From an uncultured Candidatus Saccharibacteria bacterium (lineage in GTDB: Bacteria; Patescibacteriota; Minisyncoccia; Phycocordibacterales; UBA12088), in assembly GCA_964411375.1 (NCBI GenBank), contig CAYPKR010000001.1:104227-168226 (forward strand): a DNA stretch of 64,000 bases, given 5' to 3'. Of this stretch, positions 55,899-64,000 are shown in pieces. Within the stretch, counting starts at the first letter, position 1. Every line of letters begins with the position of its first letter. Below the pieces are notes generated by a model, which saw nothing but the letters and a program-made list of their open reading frames with translations, ran no database searches and had not been told where the DNA came from. A program made the position numbers and the translations under genes.

Positions 55899-57647
55899 AT
55901 GTACGTTAACGCCGATCAGTTAAAAGAGTTCATTCTCGATTCGGGTATCGTGTCTCGAAAAGATTTTGAAGCGGCTGAAAAGGCGGCGGACGAAAACAGT
56001 TCATCCGTTGAAGGGGAGCTTATAAAAATGGGGAAGGCGACGGAAGATGACATTCGTCGTGTGCAGGCGTATGTGCTCGGCATCCCATTCATCAGCCTAA
56101 AGAAACAGAAAATCGATTTTGATATTCTCTCGCTTGTTCCCGAACCAATCGCACGAAAGCACAACATTGTTGCGTTTAAAAAGTCCGAAGGCGCACTTGA
56201 GGTTGCGATGCTCGACATCGACGACCTCCAAGCAATCGAATTCGTCAAAAAGAAAGTTGGTTTGAAGATTTTGGCGAGACTCACTGACGCCGATTCCATC
56301 AAGGAAGCGCTTCTCCAGTATCAAAAAACGCTGAAAGACGAATTCGGTGATCTCATCAAAAAAGAGTCAGCCTCCTTAGATCTCATGCCGGACGCTGAGG
56401 GAGGGGATGCATCGGAGACAGATCTCAAGAAAATTGCAGAAGACTTGCCGGTCGTGCGTATCGTGAATTCGCTTTTGAAACACGCGATCATTCAGGACGC
56501 ATCCGACATTCACATCGAACCGATGGAAAACGAAGTGTTGGTTCGGTATCGAATTGACGGACTCCTTCATGATGCGATGACACTTCCTAAAAATGCAGGA
56601 GCTTCGATTACTGCGCGCATCAAAGTGCTTTCAAACTTGAAGCTTGATGAAAAGCGTCTGCCACAAGACGGTCGCTTTAAAATGCGCATCGACAATGACA
56701 AAGTGTCATTCCGTGTTTCGATTTTGCCAACGTACTACGGCGAAAAAACCGTCATGCGTCTTCTTCGCGAATCGGGTGGCGGATTTACGCTCGAAGCCCT
56801 CGGCTTTCATGGCGAAGGGTTGGAGCGAATCCATTCTGCAACCAAACTCGCAACTGGAATGATTCTTACGACTGGACCAACTGGTTCCGGAAAAACGACA
56901 ACGCTCTACACTGTTCTCGATATTTTGAATACGCCGGACGTCAACATTTCTACTATCGAAGATCCGATTGAATATCAGATGGCTCGTGTAAATCAGACGC
57001 AAGTAAAACCAGAAATTGGATTTTCATTTACTTCGGGACTTCGCTCGCTCGTTCGCCAAGACCCCGACATCATCATGGTTGGAGAAATTCGAGACGGCGA
57101 GACGGCATCTCTTGCGATTAATGCAGCGCTTACCGGTCACTTGGTGCTTTCAACGCTTCACACCAATTCTGCCGCCGGCACCATGCCTCGCCTTATCGAT
57201 ATGGGTTGCGAACCATTTTTGATCGTCTCGACCTTGAATGTGGTCATTGGGCAAAGACTGGTACGTAAACTAACGGGCGAAAAAGAAGAATACACGCTTT
57301 CGGATGCTGAGATCGCGTCTCTTGCTGAACACGCCGACCTCGACATTGTTCTCAAGACTCTGAAAGAAGAAAACATCGTTCCAAAAAACGCGTCATTCGG
57401 AAAAATCCCGTTCTATCGTCCGAAGCCCTCTTCACAAGGGGATGGGTACAAAGGACGTGTCGGCATACACGAAGTATTTAAAATGTCGGGCGCGATCCGT
57501 GAAATGGTGATGCAAGGAAAAACATCTGGCGATATTGAAGTGCAGGCACGCAAAGAAGGAATGCTTACCATGCTTGAAGACGGTATCTTCAAAGCCGCAG
57601 AAGGTGTAACGACTATTGAAGAAGTGCTTCGAGTGGTGACGGAATAA
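55899..57647 (+). CDS. pilB: Type IV pilus assembly ATPase PilB / GspE family
   Basis: N-terminal T2SS_E domain, Walker A GPTGSGKTTTLY, Asp and His boxes. 582 aa. Confidence 0.9.
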   Translation: MYVNADQLKEFILDSGIVSRKDFEAAEKAADENSSSVEGELIKMGKATEDDIRRVQAYVLGIPFISLKKQKIDFDILSLVPEPIARKHNIVAFKKSEGALEVAMLDIDDLQAIEFVKKKVGLKILARLTDADSIKEALLQYQKTLKDEFGDLIKKESASLDLMPDAEGGDASETDLKKIAEDLPVVRIVNSLLKHAIIQDASDIHIEPMENEVLVRYRIDGLLHDAMTLPKNAGASITARIKVLSNLKLDEKRLPQDGRFKMRIDNDKVSFRVSILPTYYGEKTVMRLLRESGGGFTLEALGFHGEGLERIHSATKLATGMILTTGPTGSGKTTTLYTVLDILNTPDVNISTIEDPIEYQMARVNQTQVKPEIGFSFTSGLRSLVRQDPDIIMVGEIRDGETASLAINAALTGHLVLSTLHTNSAAGTMPRLIDMGCEPFLIVSTLNVVIGQRLVRKLTGEKEEYTLSDAEIASLAEHADLDIVLKTLKEENIVPKNASFGKIPFYRPKPSSQGDGYKGRVGIHEVFKMSGAIREMVMQGKTSGDIEVQARKEGMLTMLEDGIFKAAEGVTTIEEVLRVVTE

Positions 57648-57734
57648 CGAATTATTTCCAGCCGAAGAGCAATTTTATCCGCATTTTTTGCGTAGCAAAA
57701 AATGCGGAGTGCCCGTACAATTACATAAACATTC

Positions 57735-58958
57735 ATGACGCTCTTCAAATACAAGGCGATCAACAAAGATGGTGAGCAGTACGACGGCACAACAACCGCC
57801 GCCGATCGTTTTGAACTCTACACGCATATCCAAAAAGAAGGCGGCACCATCGTCTCGTACAAAGAAGAAGGAAAGGAGTCAGGTGAAAATATCATCAACT
57901 CAGTTTGGCATCTATTTTTTGGGCGAATTAAAGAAAGTGACAAAATCGTGCTCACCAGAAATTTGGGCGCGATGCTCTCGGCTGGATTGTCTCTCTCTCG
58001 AGCACTCGCGGTCATGAACCGTCAGTCGAAAAATAAAAAACTGAAAGACGTGCTCGAATCTATCTCTCACTCGATCGAAAAGGGAGGTGCGTTCAATGAA
58101 GCGCTCCTTGAATTTCCAAAAGTATTTTCACCAATAATGGCGGCAATGGTAAAGGCTGGTGAAGAATCAGGACGTCTTGCCGAATCGCTCGCAACAATCG
58201 CCGAACAACTTGACCGCTCATACACGTTGAAGAAGAAGATTCGTGGCGCTCTCATGTATCCGGCGATCGTCATCTTCGCACTCATCGTTGTCGGTATCCT
58301 CATGCTTATCTTTATCGTGCCAACGCTCACGAAGACCTTCAATGAAATTCATGTCGAACTCCCCGCAACTACCAAATTTATTATTGGACTCAGTGATTTC
58401 CTTACGCACCACACTGTTTCCGCGCTCATCATTGCGATTGCTACCTTCGTCGGAGCAAGTTATGCGCTAAGGACGAGACAAGGACGACGCGGTTTTGAGT
58501 GGGTAATTCTCCGCATTCCGGTGATTGGTGAATTGGTTAAGGAAACCAATTCTGCACGCACTGCACGCACACTTTCTTCACTCCTCTCGTCAGGCGTCGA
58601 AATCGTTCGTGCCATCGATATTACCAAAGAAGTGTTGCAAAATTCGTATTACCAAGATGTTCTTGCGACTGCCGGAGCACGTATTCAAAAAGGCGCGCCG
58701 CTTGCAGAAGTATTTAATGCAAATGAATCGTTGTACCCGCCTCTCGTTGCAGAACTTATCGCGGTTGGTGAAGAAACCGGAAAACTTCCCGACATGCTTC
58801 TTGAAGTCGCCACTTTTTATGAACGCGAGGTTGAAATGAAAACCAAAGATATGTCGACCATCATCGAACCATTTCTCATGCTGATTGTCGGTACTGCGGT
58901 TGGATTTTTTGCCGTGTCGATGATTACGCCAATCTACTCCATCACGCAAAACATTTAG
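57735..58958 (+). CDS. pilC: Type IV pilus inner-membrane platform protein PilC / GspF family
   Basis: Two GspF repeats and three TM helices. 407 aa. Confidence 0.9.
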   Translation: MTLFKYKAINKDGEQYDGTTTAADRFELYTHIQKEGGTIVSYKEEGKESGENIINSVWHLFFGRIKESDKIVLTRNLGAMLSAGLSLSRALAVMNRQSKNKKLKDVLESISHSIEKGGAFNEALLEFPKVFSPIMAAMVKAGEESGRLAESLATIAEQLDRSYTLKKKIRGALMYPAIVIFALIVVGILMLIFIVPTLTKTFNEIHVELPATTKFIIGLSDFLTHHTVSALIIAIATFVGASYALRTRQGRRGFEWVILRIPVIGELVKETNSARTARTLSSLLSSGVEIVRAIDITKEVLQNSYYQDVLATAGARIQKGAPLAEVFNANESLYPPLVAELIAVGEETGKLPDMLLEVATFYEREVEMKTKDMSTIIEPFLMLIVGTAVGFFAVSMITPIYSITQNI

Positions 58959-58969
58959 GAGATTCCACA

Positions 58970-60748
58970 ATGAACAATCGAAGGGGAAATCGATCGAAAA
59001 GAGAAGGACGCTCACGCGGCTTTTCATTCATCGACACTTTGGTCGGCATTGCACTCATGACGATTGTCTTTTTTGCGCTTCTCTCTGCATTTCGCTACAG
59101 CATCATGCTTCTTGGTCTTGCGAAGATGCAAATTACCGCAATTGCCCTTGCAGACGAACAGATCGAATATATCCGCTCGCTCTCATACGATTCAATCGGC
59201 ACCGTCTCTGGTATTCCGTCCGGCAGCATTCCACAGACAGAAACGATTCTCTTAAATAAGGTTAGTTATACGCGCCGAACGCTGATCCAATATGAAGATG
59301 CGCCACAAGACGGACTTGGTGGATCTGATACCAACGGTCTTACTGCCGATTACAAACGCGTAAAAGTTGAAATGTCGTGGTACGCGAAAGATATTCCACA
59401 TACCTACGCGATCACTTCAACGATTGTTCCCAAAGGAGTCGAAAGTGTTTCCGGAGGAGGAACGCTTCGCATTTACGTACTCTCCGCGCTTGGTGCGCCG
59501 ATCGAAGACGCGCTCGTGCGTATTCAAAATCCATCAACGACACCTGCAATTGATGTGAGCGTCTACACCAACAGCGCCGGCAAAGTGGAATTTCCGGGTG
59601 GTACACCGGCGGCAAGCGGATATCAAGTCACCGTTACAAAACAAGGATACAACTCCGCACAAACATATTCAGTATCGGTCGGAAATCCAAATCCAACTCC
59701 GGGGCATCTCACGGTTGTGGTTGGGGGCACTACGAGCGCAACATTTGCGATCGATCGCTTGGGAGGAATGATTGTCAAAACATATTCGCCACTTCAAAAC
59801 GGCGCATGGTCTGACACATTCACCGATTCATCGCAAACAACGCTCATGGCTTCGACATCGGTAAGTGGAGGACGTGCTGGACTCATTATTGATCCTCTGA
59901 CTTCTGATTTTGCGCCGCAGGGAGAAATTCGCTCCGAGACAATCGCACCATCCTACTTGGTATCGTGGGGTTCGCTCTCATGGAATCAAACGGTCCCATC
60001 AGGAACGGAAATTCGATATCGCGTGTACTACTTCAATGGTTCTTCGTACGTGTTGATCCCTGATGCAGCCCTTTCGGGGAATAGTGTCGGTACAACAACT
60101 TCTCCGATATCGCTCTCCGGTCTTGCAACGACGACGTATTCATCACTTCGAGTCGATGCAGTACTCTCTGCAAGCGCTCCGTCGACAACCCCGTTCCTCA
60201 ATGACTGGCAGGTTTCTTATCAAGGTGGTCCAACACCACTCCCCAATATTCCATTCTCGATGAGGGGCTTGAAGACAATTGGAACTGATGGCGGTGGCTC
60301 TCCAATTTATAAATATTCTGCAAATAACAACTCTGGTGCCGGTTCTTCAATAGCGATTCCTTCGCTTGAATGGGACACATACCAAGTAACGGTTTCTTCG
60401 GCGACTGGGTATGATGTTGGGGAATCGTGTAATCCGCAACCAACCAGCGTCTCTCCAGGAGCAACAACCACCGTCTCTTTGACACTTGTCCCGCACACTA
60501 CCAACTCACTTCTCTTATATGTACGCGACAACAATGGCAATCTCGTTTCTGGAGCATCTGCACATCTCTATGGTGGTGCAACAGATACTACAATCACTAC
60601 TTCCTCTTGCGGACAAGCGTTTTTCTCTAATCTCTCGGCAGTAACAAGTTACACGCTCGATGTTTCAAAAACTGGGTTCCAATCAACCTCAATCACACCA
60701 GTCGATGTCTCTGGTGGGCAAACGCTTCCGGTAACACTCACTCCATAA
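58970..60748 (+). CDS. Large prepilin-type N-terminal cleavage/methylation domain protein (pilin-like, 592 aa)
   Basis: N-terminus ..RSRGFSFIDTLVGIALMTIVFFALLSAF carries the class III signal G|FxxIx. Long beta-rich body. Confidence 0.65.
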   Translation: MNNRRGNRSKREGRSRGFSFIDTLVGIALMTIVFFALLSAFRYSIMLLGLAKMQITAIALADEQIEYIRSLSYDSIGTVSGIPSGSIPQTETILLNKVSYTRRTLIQYEDAPQDGLGGSDTNGLTADYKRVKVEMSWYAKDIPHTYAITSTIVPKGVESVSGGGTLRIYVLSALGAPIEDALVRIQNPSTTPAIDVSVYTNSAGKVEFPGGTPAASGYQVTVTKQGYNSAQTYSVSVGNPNPTPGHLTVVVGGTTSATFAIDRLGGMIVKTYSPLQNGAWSDTFTDSSQTTLMASTSVSGGRAGLIIDPLTSDFAPQGEIRSETIAPSYLVSWGSLSWNQTVPSGTEIRYRVYYFNGSSYVLIPDAALSGNSVGTTTSPISLSGLATTTYSSLRVDAVLSASAPSTTPFLNDWQVSYQGGPTPLPNIPFSMRGLKTIGTDGGGSPIYKYSANNNSGAGSSIAIPSLEWDTYQVTVSSATGYDVGESCNPQPTSVSPGATTTVSLTLVPHTTNSLLLYVRDNNGNLVSGASAHLYGGATDTTITTSSCGQAFFSNLSAVTSYTLDVSKTGFQSTSITPVDVSGGQTLPVTLTP

Positions 60749-60750
60749 AC

Positions 60751-61365
60751 ATGCAGAAACATACGACACACCATCAAACGCGCGGACTAACCCTGATCGA
60801 GGTGGTGGTGACTGTTCTCATTGCATCGTCATCGATGGTCGTTCTTTTTAGCGTCATCATGTATCTCTACCAGATCAATCAGATTAGTTACGAACAAGGA
60901 TTTCAGCTTGAAAGTGCGCGTCGCGGTGTTGAGACGATGGTTGAAGATATTCGTGAAGCAGCGTATTCCGATGACGGTTCGTTTCCGATTGTTGCGATTG
61001 ATCCATACGGGATAACGCTCTATAGCGATACTGATAAAGATTCGAGTGTCGAAAAGATTCGATATTTTTTGACGGGAACAAACTGGAAACGAGGCGTTAC
61101 CAACGCAACGGGCACCCCTCCTACATATCCTTCCGCCAATGAGCGCGTTACAATAGTATCTGACTTCGTGCGCAATACTGAACAGTCGCTTCCCATTTTT
61201 CACTACTACAATGCGACCGGCACAGAAATAACCGACATGAGTGACATATCGGAAGTGACATTTGTCAAAGCAGATTTGGTGGTTAACATCAGTCCGACAC
61301 ACTTACCTGATGAATTCGTCCTCCGCTCGAGTGCGACTATTCGTAACTTGCGACCAAACCCATAA
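60751..61365 (+). CDS. Type IV pilin-like protein (minor pilin)
   Basis: Classic prepilin signal ..QTRG|LTLIEVVVTVLI. 204 aa. Confidence 0.8.
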   Translation: MQKHTTHHQTRGLTLIEVVVTVLIASSSMVVLFSVIMYLYQINQISYEQGFQLESARRGVETMVEDIREAAYSDDGSFPIVAIDPYGITLYSDTDKDSSVEKIRYFLTGTNWKRGVTNATGTPPTYPSANERVTIVSDFVRNTEQSLPIFHYYNATGTEITDMSDISEVTFVKADLVVNISPTHLPDEFVLRSSATIRNLRPNP

Positions 61366-61379
61366 TCTTTGAAATACGC

Positions 61380-62813
61380 ATGTCTATGCATCCGACATCA
61401 TTTTTAAAAACACGTCGCGGGAGTATCTTGCTCCTCACACTGGTGTTTGCGGGACTCTTTGCAATGATTGTCTCCTCACTTGCAGGTTTTCTTTTGACTC
61501 AACAAAAAGTGCAGCGCGCAAAAAGTGATCGCGAAGAAGCAATCCAGATTGCTGAAGCAGGTCTCGATTATTACAAATGGTTTCTTGCGCATTTTCCAAC
61601 TGATCTTCAAGACGGCACCGGAGCGGCAGGACCATACGTACATGATTATGCCGATCCAGAAGGGGGCAATATAGGGAAATTCTCTCTCGTTGTCACTGGT
61701 AATTCCCAGTGCGGCTCGCTTGGTTCGGTGGATATCACCTCAACCGGCTACGTAAACACCAGTCCAGCGCTGAAGCGTGTTGTCTTTGGGAGGTATGCTC
61801 GCCCTTCGGTCGCTGAATACTCACATATATTGAATAGTGCGGTGTGGGCAGGATCAGATCGCCAAATATATGGTCCATACCATTCAAATGGGGGAATTCG
61901 CATGGACGGAGATAATTTTTCAAGAGTAACGAGCGGCGTTGCGACATGGCAGTGTACGCCGTCATTTGGATGCACATCGACCACAACAAAAAATGGTGTT
62001 TTCGGAACTGGTTCAGGTTCTAGTCTCTGGCAGTATCCCGTTGCACAAATTGATTTTGCGGGCATCACCGTGGATTTGGTGAATATGAAAAACCTCGCGC
62101 AGACACAGGGCGGTCTCTACTATCCGCCAGCAGGGCAGGGCTATCACGTTGTTTTGAATGCGGGTGGCACAATGACGGTCTATCGCGTCGACAGCACTAC
62201 ACTTATATGGAGTTACAGTACTGAAGGTGGATGGGTACATGACGGAACCGTCATCAACACGCAAACAAATCTTGGTACCGTAACTATTCCTGCTAACTGC
62301 AAACTTGTTTTCTTTGAGGATGATGTATGGCTCGAAGGAGTCGTCAAAGGAAAAGTAACACTCGTCTCCGCAAATGTGACAACGCCGAATGTTTCGCCGC
62401 GCATTATTTTGACCAACAATATTACCTATAACACGGGAAGTACGATTGATGGACTTACTGCGGTTGCGGAAGATTCAGTTCTTATTCCGATCAATTCACC
62501 AACCGACATGGAACTCCATGGAATCTTTATTGCCCAGAACGGTCGGTTCTCTCGCGATCATTATGTTTCGAGCGGATCAAACAAAGTTCCAAATGCATAC
62601 AACTCGTACATAACCCAAAATGATCTCGCTATTTACGGCACCATCGTTTCAAACGGACGCGTCGGTACGCAGTGGACGTGTGGTGGAACATTTTGTTCAG
62701 GATATTCAACCCGCGAAAACTACTATGATAAAAACTTGGCACAATCGCCGCCGCCTTTGACGCCATTTACTTCGGAGGACTTTCGGTTCATCGAGTGGCG
62801 TGAGAACGACTAA
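61380..62813 (+). CDS. Pilus-associated protein with N-terminal pilin-like TM segment (PilX-like N-domain)
   Basis: RRGSILLLTLVFAGLFAMIVSSLAGFL N-terminus. 477 aa. Follows the pilin genes. Confidence 0.5.
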   Translation: MSMHPTSFLKTRRGSILLLTLVFAGLFAMIVSSLAGFLLTQQKVQRAKSDREEAIQIAEAGLDYYKWFLAHFPTDLQDGTGAAGPYVHDYADPEGGNIGKFSLVVTGNSQCGSLGSVDITSTGYVNTSPALKRVVFGRYARPSVAEYSHILNSAVWAGSDRQIYGPYHSNGGIRMDGDNFSRVTSGVATWQCTPSFGCTSTTTKNGVFGTGSGSSLWQYPVAQIDFAGITVDLVNMKNLAQTQGGLYYPPAGQGYHVVLNAGGTMTVYRVDSTTLIWSYSTEGGWVHDGTVINTQTNLGTVTIPANCKLVFFEDDVWLEGVVKGKVTLVSANVTTPNVSPRIILTNNITYNTGSTIDGLTAVAEDSVLIPINSPTDMELHGIFIAQNGRFSRDHYVSSGSNKVPNAYNSYITQNDLAIYGTIVSNGRVGTQWTCGGTFCSGYSTRENYYDKNLAQSPPPLTPFTSEDFRFIEWREND

Positions 62814-62986
62814 AAATTCACAAAATTGACGCATTGCTTTGTCGCAACCTCCGCTCTTCACTCGTCGTATCTCTAATACGACTCGCTCCGGTGCTCGGTT
62901 GCTTCGCGCACTGCATTCAATTTTGTGAATTTTTGAAAAATCGAAGCGCCTGTTAAGGACTTTTTGACGTGGTATCATATCCCTAC

Positions 62987-63757
62987 ATGAAAAAAGGGAA
63001 GCGGATTGTGGCAGCAAACTGGAAGACAAACCCCGGAACCCTCCTACGCTCCAAGGAGATCATGCTTCCACTGAAGCGCATTGCCCCAAGGCTTCAAAAC
63101 GTATCCCTTTCTATATTTCCGCCAGCTCCCTTTATTGCCCCACTCCGGAGTGGGTATTCAGGGAAAAAGATTACATTTGGCGCGCAAGACGTTTCAATTC
63201 AAACATCTGGCTCCCATACCGGAGAAGTTTCTGCCTCGATGCTCGCAAGCGTCGGCGCGACATCGGTCATTGTTGGACATTCAGAGCGCCGTGCGGGAGG
63301 TGAGACAAATGAAATTGTCTCCCAAAAACTCCAGACAGTACTTCAGGGCGGACTCTCTGCAATTGTCTGTATCGGCGAGCGTGAACGCGATCATGGCGGT
63401 AAGTATTTAGAATTTCTCCAAGAAGAACTCACCGCGGCACTGAGGGGTGTTTCCGCAAAATCACTCCGAAATATTATGATCGCGTATGAACCAATCTTTG
63501 CGATTGGAAAATCTGCTGGAGATGCGCTTTCTCCTCATAACATTCATGAAACGGTCCTCTTTATCCGTCGCATTTTGACCGAACTCTATGATCGCGACAG
63601 CGCATTTAAAGTCCCTATTCTCTATGGGGGATCAGTAGAAGCAGTAAATGCAGAAGAAATTTTGAAGGGTGGCGAAGTACAAGGATTTCTTGTTGGTCAC
63701 GCATCGCTCTCTCCGGACGAATTCAAAGAAATTCTCACGATTGCAAACCGCGTATGA
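62987..63757 (+). CDS. tpiA: Triosephosphate isomerase
   Basis: ANWKTN, IVGHSERR and the active-site Glu region. Start placed at the internal Met MKKGKRIV. Confidence 0.9.
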   Translation: MKKGKRIVAANWKTNPGTLLRSKEIMLPLKRIAPRLQNVSLSIFPPAPFIAPLRSGYSGKKITFGAQDVSIQTSGSHTGEVSASMLASVGATSVIVGHSERRAGGETNEIVSQKLQTVLQGGLSAIVCIGERERDHGGKYLEFLQEELTAALRGVSAKSLRNIMIAYEPIFAIGKSAGDALSPHNIHETVLFIRRILTELYDRDSAFKVPILYGGSVEAVNAEEILKGGEVQGFLVGHASLSPDEFKEILTIANRV

Positions 63758-64000
63758 CCATTCCTACAATCGCTACGGAAACAAATCTTCACGGAAAGCG
63801 AGTTATCCTCCGCACGTCACTTAATGTGCCAATTGAAAACGGAAAGGTGTTAGATGCATTTCGTCTTGAGAAATCCCTTCCGACAATTCGATTCTTAAAA
63901 AATGCTGGCGCGAAGGTTCTCATTCTTGCGCATTTGGGACGCGAAGGCGACTCACTTATGCCGGTGTATGAAATTCTGAAAGGAAAGGAGTCAATGCGAT
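63754..64000 (+). CDS. pgk: Phosphoglycerate kinase (5' partial, runs off window)
   Basis: Hand translation MTIPTIATETNLHGKRVILRTSLNVPIENGKVLDAFRLEKSLPTIRFLKNAGAKVLILAHLGREG.. matches the PGK N-terminus. Adjacent to tpiA. Confidence 0.75.
   Translation, partial: MTIPTIATETNLHGKRVILRTSLNVPIENGKVLDAFRLEKSLPTIRFLKNAGAKVLILAHLGREGDSLMPVYEILKGKESMR

Noticed and set aside
1-64000. CRISPR arrays, rRNA genes, transposases/IS elements
   Set aside because: No spaced direct-repeat arrays were seen. No rRNA-like conserved stretches were seen. No ORF has DDE, HTH-transposase or serine-recombinase features. The only recombinase is a Xer-type tyrosine recombinase in a housekeeping context.

Overview
Window of a ~48% GC bacterial chromosome. 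Gene content and compact size suggest a Patescibacteria/CPR-like genome (short YidC, type IV pilus genes, T4SS-like genes, tRNAs without encoded CCA). This lineage call is inference only.

Layout, left to right:

(1) The chromosomal origin neighbourhood. PBP1A, a DUF721/DciA-like protein, dnaN and dnaA lie on the minus strand. Divergent from them are rpmH (an L34 gene missing from the ORF track), rnpA, yidC and jag. Perfect DnaA boxes sit in the dnaA-rpmH gap.

(2) A ~11 kb minus-strand operon encoding a T4SS-like apparatus: VirB4 ATPase, VirB3-like, VirB6/TrbL-like and VirB2/TrbC-like candidates plus several secreted and membrane proteins. It is preceded by a ~0.4 kb compositionally foreign high-GC lipoprotein gene.

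(3) Housekeeping genes: rsmA, pcrA, LysM-M23 peptidase, comM, dksA-like, pnp, rpsO, xer recombinase, xth, cca, three tRNA loci, ECF sigma/anti-sigma, rarA, hup, a standalone pheA PDT domain, rny, clpP, tig, ppa, nusA.

(4) An unusual ~2.4 kb stretch (39.4-41.9 kb) of three small RBS-preceded genes. It carries a zinc-ribbon peptide, nested hairpins, an attenuator-like pair of mutually exclusive hairpins and a 28-bp-arm perfect palindrome.

(5) A small minus-strand cluster: a SleB-like cell-wall hydrolase with a near-consensus sigma70 promoter, two membrane proteins and a protein with an RNxxxH (HEPN-like) motif.

(6) A type IV pilus module (pilB, pilC, three prepilin-like genes), then tpiA and partial pgk.

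No CRISPR array, rRNA or transposase was found. All calls come from reading the translated ORFs and the nucleotide sequence; no database search was possible.
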